Virus record (IMG/VR): IMGVR_UViG_3300017761_000827
Coordinates: 1 to 32,102 of that record
Direction: 5' to 3' (one strand)
Source: a virus
Lineage: Duplodnaviria > Caudoviricetes
Length of the DNA stretch: 32,102 nt
Part shown: piece by piece, positions 26,738 to 32,102 of the stretch
How positions within the stretch are numbered: the stretch's first letter is position 1
Layout of the letters: the number at the start of each line of letters is the position of its first letter
The notes under the pieces: model-generated
Told to the model about the DNA's origin: nothing
Databases searched by the model: none
The model's input: the letters and a program-made list of their open reading frames with translations, nothing else
Translations under genes and position numbers: made by a program

Positions 26738-28009
26738 TTAGACCTCGATGGGGAGCGCCCATCCCACAGTCGGCGTGAACTGTGCGAAAGAGTTATCCGT
26801 CACACACCACAGCGGAGCGGGAAGCTGAGACCAGTCGCCCTGCCCACCGAAGTACCCATCGGTCAGCATCAGCACACACTGAGTACCCTCAACCAGACCA
26901 TGCTCGCGCAGATACTCGGGCACACACGAGGGGTCAGTACCGCCACCACCCTTGGGCTTGGTCGTGTTAATAAGAGTGCCGTAGGTCTGTGCGGTATAGG
27001 TCTCGGTCGATTGCACACGGCCATCCCAGTACACCAACACCAACTCCTCGGGGCACACATCCTCCACGACCTTCTGCACATTGCCGAGGAACGCCGAGAG
27101 CAGCGGGCCTTGGATAGAGCCGGAGGTATCGATACCCACCACGATGCGGCGAAAGCTGTCGTCGTAGCTGCTAGGCATGTAGATACCAGCGCCCTGCATC
27201 CGCCGATTGAAGCGACGCCATGTGGTCTTGCCGAAACCCTTCGCCATGCTGCCCCTGATGTGGTCGGCCAAGACCTCGCGCCAATCAACCTTGGACGCAA
27301 TCACATCACCAAGCTCACGCGACGCAGTACCACCCATGCGGCCAGCAACCTCGTTGCCTTGGCGAATCAACTGATCGACCTCGTTAGCCAATACATCTTT
27401 CTCAGCTTGAGTAAGCTCCTCGCCCGCAGCGAAGTCGTGCTCGTCGAACTGCTGACCAACCTTGGCACGACCGCGACCCTTGCCCTTGCCATCACTCGGC
27501 TCGTCGTTAGGCTCGCCATCCTCGCCCTCTTCACCGCCATCCTCAGGCTCCTGCTCCTCTTCTTCTTTCTTAAGAATGTCGAAGACCTGCTTGGCGTTAA
27601 GCCCACGGAAACTCTCGTCGATGAGCGGGATACGCAGGCCGTTTTTAGTAGGCACGGCGATGTGTGGGCATACCTTGGTCAGGTCGAGCAGCGGCAGATT
27701 GATAACGTAGTCGCACGCCATGTTGGTCAACTGTGCGTCCTGCTTCCAGAGCGGTGCCCACTGCACGATGTGGCGGAAGCCGATATGCAGTGCCTCGTGG
27801 AGAATCACGAACACCAACTCGGGGTCAGTCAGGCCGTCCATGAAGTCGTCGCCCATCACGATGTTGCGGCCATCGGTGTAGGCAGTGGGGCACTGCCCAA
27901 TCTTAGTGTCACCGAACATGACGAGCGGGGCGAACTGCGAGAGTTCCTTGGTGCGAGCGATGGTGCTTTGGGCTTTCTCGATGCGCTGCGAGCGGGTCAG
28001 GGTAGTCAT
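26738..28009 (-). CDS. DUF2201-type metallopeptidase-like + vWA domain protein
   Basis: AYTDG, LHEALH, N.A.D..IN, acidic linker, WRRFNRR, MIDAS IDTSGS, GGGTD, LTDGY. Confidence 0.92.
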   Translation of the reverse strand: MTTLTRSQRIEKAQSTIARTKELSQFAPLVMFGDTKIGQCPTAYTDGRNIVMGDDFMDGLTDPELVFVILHEALHIGFRHIVQWAPLWKQDAQLTNMACDYVINLPLLDLTKVCPHIAVPTKNGLRIPLIDESFRGLNAKQVFDILKKEEEEQEPEDGGEEGEDGEPNDEPSDGKGKGRGRAKVGQQFDEHDFAAGEELTQAEKDVLANEVDQLIRQGNEVAGRMGGTASRELGDVIASKVDWREVLADHIRGSMAKGFGKTTWRRFNRRMQGAGIYMPSSYDDSFRRIVVGIDTSGSIQGPLLSAFLGNVQKVVEDVCPEELVLVYWDGRVQSTETYTAQTYGTLINTTKPKGGGGTDPSCVPEYLREHGLVEGTQCVLMLTDGYFGGQGDWSQLPAPLWCVTDNSFAQFTPTVGWALPIEV

Positions 28010-28039
28010 TGCATTGTGTCCTTGTGTTGTCGTTGTGTG

Positions 28040-28067
28040 TGCCCCGGCTCAGCACCGGGGCGTTGTG
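28040..28067 (-). repeat. Intergenic hairpin repeat, copy 1
   Basis: TGCCCCGGCTCAGCACCGGGGCGTTGTG identical to 29386-29413. Confidence 0.9.
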
Positions 28068-28078
28068 TGTTGTATGGA

Positions 28079-29023
28079 TTACAGATTGAACTTGTTGAGG
28101 ATGTCGTCGAGCTTAGCCTTGGCAGCGACGCGGGCACCGGCATCTTTCTTCAAGTCGCCGAGGTCAGTCACGGCAAGCAGGCGACGCAGGTCGTTGCCCA
28201 TCTCCGACAGTCGCGGGTCACCGCCCACGTTCAAGTCATTGAGCAGGCCGACGAACTCCTCGGCATTGGACAGCATGGAGTCGTGCAGCTTGGTCTTCTT
28301 GCCATCGGGGCGTGAGCCGTCGAAGTTGGACTCCTTGAGCTTGTCGGCCATGTGGCTAACGATTTTGTGCAGGCGCTCCCACACATTCTGCATGGCGCGT
28401 GCCTCGCGGCTGTGTGCCTCGTGCATGGAGTGCTCGACCACCTCGGCCAGACCCGCGTTGTTGGTATCGACCATCCAGTGACCAGCGGTCGGCACCGGGG
28501 AGTACATCTTGTTGAAAGCGAACTTGCCACGAACCTCGTGCTCAGTGGGGTAGTTGGAGCGGTCGAACATCTTGCCCAAGGTGAACGCAGCGGCAGCAAC
28601 GTGAGTGTTGTAGTCGGCCAAGAAGGCATCGACCATATCCCAATACTGCTTCTCAAACTCCCCAAGCTGCGCCTTGTGATCAAGCATCAGCGACATGGGG
28701 AGCAGGCGCAGGCCGTTGTCATTCCACGGCATGGTCAGGTTCTTGTTCCAAGTCCGCACCAGCGCGGCGAACTTCTTGATGGTGTCGAGTTCCTTGCACT
28801 CGGCGAGCAGGTTCTTGAGGTAGGTGCCCGCCTTGTGGCTGGCGTTGTTGTCCACGGCCACATCGTTCGCGACTTCGGAGTCGGTCACGGTGGCAGAGAA
28901 GACCTTGATGGAGAGGTCGAACAGCACGGCGCTGCTCGCGATTGTGGTGGCGTTGTTTGTCATGGCAGTGCCCTCGTTGTTGGTCAGGATGTTGTTGTTG
29001 GTGTTGATGGTCATCGTGTTCAT
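28079..29023 (-). CDS. DUF3150-like helical protein
   Basis: T.PW...G.RLLP, F...Y, YP....VR.KF pattern; lies between AAA and vWA genes; alternative start 28963. Confidence 0.6.
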   Translation of the reverse strand: MNTMTINTNNNILTNNEGTAMTNNATTIASSAVLFDLSIKVFSATVTDSEVANDVAVDNNASHKAGTYLKNLLAECKELDTIKKFAALVRTWNKNLTMPWNDNGLRLLPMSLMLDHKAQLGEFEKQYWDMVDAFLADYNTHVAAAAFTLGKMFDRSNYPTEHEVRGKFAFNKMYSPVPTAGHWMVDTNNAGLAEVVEHSMHEAHSREARAMQNVWERLHKIVSHMADKLKESNFDGSRPDGKKTKLHDSMLSNAEEFVGLLNDLNVGGDPRLSEMGNDLRRLLAVTDLGDLKKDAGARVAAKAKLDDILNKFNL

Positions 29024-29047
29024 TGCATGTGTCCTTTTGGTTATGTG

Positions 29048-29075
29048 GATACTTTAGGAAATTTCCTAAACTATC
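29048..29075. repeat. 28-bp palindromic early-region element, copy 1
   Basis: GATAC-TTTAGGAAATTTCCTAAA-CTATC. Confidence 0.97.
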
Positions 29076-29100
29076 GTTTGGGATGTGTTTCGACTTGGTT

Positions 29101-29129
29101 AGTTTAAGTGAGTGTATGGATTACGTCAA
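29101..29129 (-). promoter_or_regulatory. Putative internal sigma70 promoter
   Basis: TTGACG-17 nt-TAAACT in an intergenic gap, upstream of palindrome copy 1. Confidence 0.7.
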
Positions 29130-29133
29130 TCAA

Positions 29134-29376
29134 TTACATATGTAAATACTTGTCTGTGTCTCCCCAATAGTTTGGATGATTCGTATCGTCGCCATCATCC
29201 CACCAGCACGCGAGGGGAACTGGCTTGGGTTTTAACGGGGCGATATACAGCGGATGGTTGACCCCTTGAAACTCTTTCTTAAGTTTCACTTTGGCGTACT
29301 TCTTTTTTAGTTGAGCGAGTTGGTTACAGGCACGGCGGTTAATCCGGCTCAGCTTGTCCATGTTCTTAGACATCAT
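29134..29376 (-). CDS. Small basic hypothetical early protein
   Basis: GGAGGA SD; 80 aa. Confidence 0.65.
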   Translation of the reverse strand: MMSKNMDKLSRINRRACNQLAQLKKKYAKVKLKKEFQGVNHPLYIAPLKPKPVPLACWWDDGDDTNHPNYWGDTDKYLHM

Positions 29377-29385
29377 TCCTCCGAT

Positions 29386-29413
29386 TGCCCCGGCTCAGCA
29401 CCGGGGCGTTGTG
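29386..29413 (-). repeat. Intergenic hairpin repeat, copy 2
   Basis: Identical to 28040-28067; about 10 nt after the AAA gene stop. Confidence 0.9.
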
Positions 29414-29422
29414 GGTTAGGGG

Positions 29423-30664
29423 TTAGTACTTGAAGCTATTGAGCGAAGCCCACTTCTGGTACTCGTGAGTCGTCACTGTTAAATCCCATAGCTTGGACAT
29501 CACGGTGACCTCGTGCTTGCTGGCAGCTTTCTCGGCGGCATCCTTGACGCTATGCACGAACATCGTCTGTGCATCAGGAGCCAGCCCACCCATCATGTAG
29601 GTGAACCAACCAGCTATCCGATTCTTCACCTCAAGCTTGCTATCGGGAGCAGGCAAACCGTAGCCAGCCCCGGTAATCCACACGCAGGCATTGAGCGAGC
29701 AGATGATGTGCGCCGCTATGGATGTGGGGTAGGGCGCATTGCCCGCCATAATTTGCTTGGCGCTGGGCAACTCCATTGCGAAGTTCTTAAACACAAGCAT
29801 CGAGCGAGCAGCTTGGTTACCAATCACACCCTGCAAGTCGGCGAGCAGCATCTGCTCCGTGTACCGCAAGCCCATTGCCTGAGCATTGAAGTAGGCATGG
29901 AACACATTGGATGCAAACTCAAGACTGCGAGCAGTCACACAGCCCTGATCACGCGCAGGATTCTTGGGGTCAGGGTTATACACCATGCTCTTGATGTCAT
30001 CCGGCAGGCTGGCAAAGTCCGGGTCGAGGTAGCTGGCAAAGCACAGCGGAGTTTGCTTGACCCATCCCTGCACGATGGGATGGATGTTGTGCTCGAAAGC
30101 CCACGGCAGCCATTCGTCGGTATACGGATTCCTAACGTAGTGCATGGTGACCTTGTTCCGCGTGTGGCTCTTGACCATATCGCCCACGCCATCGGTGCCG
30201 AGGTTGCCGGTGCCAATGATTACGCTGTCGGGGTGCAGCATCATCGAGAGCAGGCGACGGCAGCCAGTCTTCTTGTCCTTGGAGAACAGTTGATGCACGG
30301 CGTTTTGGGACGCAGGGTTTTGGGGCTTGCTGTACTCGTCGATGAGCAGCACCACCGGCTTGTCAGGCGTGAAGCCGAAGATTTCATTGAACCAGTAGGC
30401 AAAGGTCTTGCTCTCCGGGTCAGGCATGGGAATAGCCAAGTCAGCCGGATCCAGCGTCTGCATGTCGAGGAAGACCAGCGTGTACTCCGTCCCCATAATC
30501 CGCGTGAGCGAGTCGGCAATGTACTGGCCGATTGAAGTCTTGGCCGTGCCCGGAGGGCCGAGAATCAGGTGTGCTTGGTTAGCACCACACACAGCGTCTG
30601 CAATGATGGAGTCGGCAATGTCGATGATGCCGAGACGGGTCAGGGTGTTGTTGATAGTAGCCAT
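29423..30664 (-). CDS. MoxR-like AAA+ ATPase
   Basis: Walker A GPPGTAKT, Walker B LLIDE, sensor I TGN, sensor II TARS; linked to vWA gene. Confidence 0.88.
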   Translation of the reverse strand: MATINNTLTRLGIIDIADSIIADAVCGANQAHLILGPPGTAKTSIGQYIADSLTRIMGTEYTLVFLDMQTLDPADLAIPMPDPESKTFAYWFNEIFGFTPDKPVVLLIDEYSKPQNPASQNAVHQLFSKDKKTGCRRLLSMMLHPDSVIIGTGNLGTDGVGDMVKSHTRNKVTMHYVRNPYTDEWLPWAFEHNIHPIVQGWVKQTPLCFASYLDPDFASLPDDIKSMVYNPDPKNPARDQGCVTARSLEFASNVFHAYFNAQAMGLRYTEQMLLADLQGVIGNQAARSMLVFKNFAMELPSAKQIMAGNAPYPTSIAAHIICSLNACVWITGAGYGLPAPDSKLEVKNRIAGWFTYMMGGLAPDAQTMFVHSVKDAAEKAASKHEVTVMSKLWDLTVTTHEYQKWASLNSFKY

Positions 30665-30688
30665 GTCATGTGTCCTCTTTGTTGTGTG

Positions 30689-30716
30689 GATACTTTAGGA
30701 AATTTCCTAAACTATC
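30689..30716. repeat. 28-bp palindromic element, copy 2
   Basis: Exact copy; supplies TAG of ORF 30712..30888. Confidence 0.97.
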
Positions 30717-30888
30717 CTTCGTTGGTGTCTCTGATTTGGTAGTTGGAGATGTGACTGTTATTACTTTCATCCTTCGATGCTTTGCTCACAATCTCCCAAA
30801 GTTTTGCAGCATCCTTTTTGCTAAGCCCTCGCAGTTCAAACCGCTGGCAGTTGTCGTACTCGTAGTAGTCCACGATAAATGTGTGCAT
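30712..30888 (-). CDS. 58-aa hypothetical early protein (not in track)
   Basis: GGGGA SD; MHTFIVDYYEYDNCQRFELRGLSKKDAAKLWEIVSKASKDESNNSHISNYQIRDTNEG*. Confidence 0.7.
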   Translation of the reverse strand: MHTFIVDYYEYDNCQRFELRGLSKKDAAKLWEIVSKASKDESNNSHISNYQIRDTNEG

Positions 30889-30899
30889 CTTAAAATCCC

Positions 30900-31142
30900 C
30901 TAGATTTCAAACTTGTCGCCGTAGGAAAACACGAACACTGACCCTTCGGTTGTGTGTCCTTCAATCATGGTGCCGCCCCATCCCATCTTGCGGGCCAGCA
31001 TCTGAGCGGCACGGATGTGCGGATTGCAGTCATCGTGCGGATACGAAATGGTCAGGGAATACCCCCCTCCCGTCGTCGCTTTGATCCGCGCTGGCTTGGT
31101 GTTGGTGGCAGAGATGTACTTGGTGGAAATGGCTTGCGGCAT
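30900..31142 (-). CDS. Small conserved phage early protein
   Basis: AI.TKY..ATNT...RIKA motif; shared leader. Confidence 0.8.
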   Translation of the reverse strand: MPQAISTKYISATNTKPARIKATTGGGYSLTISYPHDDCNPHIRAAQMLARKMGWGGTMIEGHTTEGSVFVFSYGDKFEI

Positions 31143-31172
31143 GTCATGTGTCCTCTTTGTTGTGTGTATTCG

Positions 31173-31200
31173 GATACTTTAGGAAATTTCCTAAACTATC
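31173..31200. repeat. 28-bp palindromic element, copy 3
   Basis: Exact copy; supplies TAG of ORF 31196..31486. Confidence 0.97.
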
Positions 31201-31486
31201 GGTCGTACTCGTCTGCATCCCCGTAAGATGACGGGATTCTCTCGCCGGTATGGGCGCATCGAAGACCTGAGTCTTCCCAATTAATATCGAAGGCAACCAC
31301 ACGCCATCCGCAGTTGGAGTTGTCGCGGATTGCACGGATGATTTGCTTGGCTTCCTGTTTGGCCGCTGCAAAGGACAGGGCTTCCCCATCCGCGCACAGG
31401 AAGAACATCTGATACCCACCGGGCCATGCGTATGCACCGTTGCGGATAGCGTCTTTGAATTGTTTGGTGGTCATTGCCATTGTCAT
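31196..31486 (-). CDS. Small conserved phage early protein (AWPGGY motif)
   Basis: YAWPGGY, DGEAL, INWED..L.C......I.SSY; shared leader. Confidence 0.82.
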   Translation of the reverse strand: MTMAMTTKQFKDAIRNGAYAWPGGYQMFFLCADGEALSFAAAKQEAKQIIRAIRDNSNCGWRVVAFDINWEDSGLRCAHTGERIPSSYGDADEYDR

Positions 31487-31505
31487 GTGTCCTCTTTGTT
31501 GTGTG

Positions 31506-31533
31506 GATACTTTAGGAAATTTCCTAAACTATT
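31506..31533. repeat. 28-bp palindromic element, copy 4
   Basis: Last base differs; supplies TAG of ORF 31529..31825. Confidence 0.97.
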
Positions 31534-31825
31534 CTTCGGGCCATTCGGCACCGACAGGGATCAGCCACAGGTCACCGTCCTGCCATAGCGTGTACTGCAC
31601 GCCATCTTCCTTGCTGGTAACGATGCAGTTCGACAGACATTCATCCCACGCATCCCAATACCCCTCGTGCTCCGGGCCGATGGCAAGCACCTCTTTGACC
31701 CAACTCGACACGCCGTCGATGCAGTCTTCGTAGGTGAACTCGATGAAGTTTTGCGGGATGTAAATCCCACGGCTATCGCACAGGTAAAGCTTGGCAGACT
31801 CAGGAAGGTTGATGCTCATTGTCAT
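31529..31825 (-). CDS. Small acidic phage early protein (first gene after the promoters)
   Basis: GGAG SD; RGIYIPQ.F, GP....YWDAWD, L.QDGDLW pattern. Confidence 0.82.
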   Translation of the reverse strand: MTMSINLPESAKLYLCDSRGIYIPQNFIEFTYEDCIDGVSSWVKEVLAIGPEHEGYWDAWDECLSNCIVTSKEDGVQYTLWQDGDLWLIPVGAEWPEE

Positions 31826-31845
31826 ATCTCCGATTGGTTTGGTTG

Positions 31846-31873
31846 GATACTTTAGGAAATTTCCTAAACTATC
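31846..31873. repeat. 28-bp palindromic element, copy 5
   Basis: Exact copy between promoter and first gene. Confidence 0.97.
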
Positions 31874-31905
31874 GTTTGGTGCGCGTTATTGTCCCGACAG
31901 AAGAC

Positions 31906-31933
31906 ATTGTACGCTCTTGGTGTACTAAGTCAA
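31906..31933 (-). promoter_or_regulatory. Early sigma70 promoter (proximal copy)
   Basis: TTGACT-16 nt-TACAAT. Confidence 0.8.
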
Positions 31934-31974
31934 GCATTTGAATGATGACTTGAATTAGCGTATCTGATTGTCCG

Positions 31975-32002
31975 GATAGTTTAGGAAATTTCTTAAACTA
32001 TC
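31975..32002. repeat. 28-bp palindromic element, copy 6 (variant)
   Basis: GATAG-TTTAGGAAATTTCTTAAA-CTATC. Confidence 0.92.
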
Positions 32003-32035
32003 TTGCGCGGGGCGTAACTTGCCCCGACAGAAGAC

Positions 32036-32063
32036 ATTGTACGCTCTTGGTGTACTAAGTCAA
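32036..32063 (-). promoter_or_regulatory. Early sigma70 promoter (distal copy)
   Basis: TTGACT-16 nt-TACAAT. Confidence 0.8.
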
Positions 32064-32102
32064 GCATTTGAATGATGACTTGAATTAGGGGATTGAATTG
32101 GA

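Larger units (their letters stand above)
31893..32088. repeat. 66-bp exact direct repeat (31893-31958 and 32023-32088)
   Basis: cccgacagaagacattgtacgctcttggtgtactaagtcaagcatttgaatgatgacttgaattag twice, 130-bp period. Confidence 0.97.
1..32102. mobile_element. Tailed bacteriophage genome segment (virion-protein arm convergent with early/replication arm)
   Basis: Phage-type primase-helicase, PolA, SNF2, Cas4-like exonuclease, VRR-NUC, DUF3310 and a giant virion-type protein; dense co-oriented genes; no host housekeeping genes, integrase or att site seen. Confidence 0.95.

Noticed and set aside
26687-30535. Long + strand ORFs (542, 251, 340 aa)
   Set aside because: Antisense shadows of GC3-biased vWA, DUF3150-like and AAA genes; no recognisable motifs
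31878-31905. dif-like site (GGTGCGCGTTA resembles the XerC arm)
   Set aside because: No XerD arm (TTATGTTAAAT-like) at the required spacing
29053-31997. Palindromes as protelomerase target or integron attC sites
   Set aside because: Multiple internal copies and no protelomerase; no RYYYAAC/GTTRRRY ends and no integron integrase in the window
29048-32002. 28-bp repeats as a CRISPR array
   Set aside because: Spacing is about 130-1640 bp and contains whole genes; no cas operon; the Cas4-like gene is an ordinary phage replication exonuclease
1-32102. Genome-wide TAG reassignment
   Set aside because: All long genes are intact under code 11 and several genes end in TAG just before a new leader; only one internal TAG found

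Overview
The whole window looks like part of a tailed dsDNA phage genome, probably podovirus-like, with two convergent arms. The + strand (1-11894) encodes four probable internal virion/DNA-ejection proteins. The last is a 2481-aa polyvalent protein with zincin-like, ADP-ribosyltransferase-like and PLxRFG-like segments. The - strand (32102 to 11935) starts at duplicated sigma70-type promoters and runs through an early region of small orphan genes plus an AAA+ ATPase / DUF3150-like / DUF2201-vWA trio, ending at an intrinsic terminator. It continues through small middle genes, including a DUF1874 AcrIII-1-type ring nuclease, VRR-NUC and DUF3310. It ends with replication genes: family A polymerase, Cas4-like exonuclease with an in-frame TAG, HNH, SNF2 helicase, probable SSB, HTH and primase-helicase. 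The most unusual signal is non-coding. Six copies of a 28-bp near-perfect palindrome punctuate the early genes, three of them supplying the upstream gene's stop codon. Early genes share a C/A-rich ribosome-binding leader, and the 3' UTR of the early operon is complementary to that leader. A second hairpin family with a conserved loop follows three stop codons. Family assignments come from motif recognition only; no searches were run.
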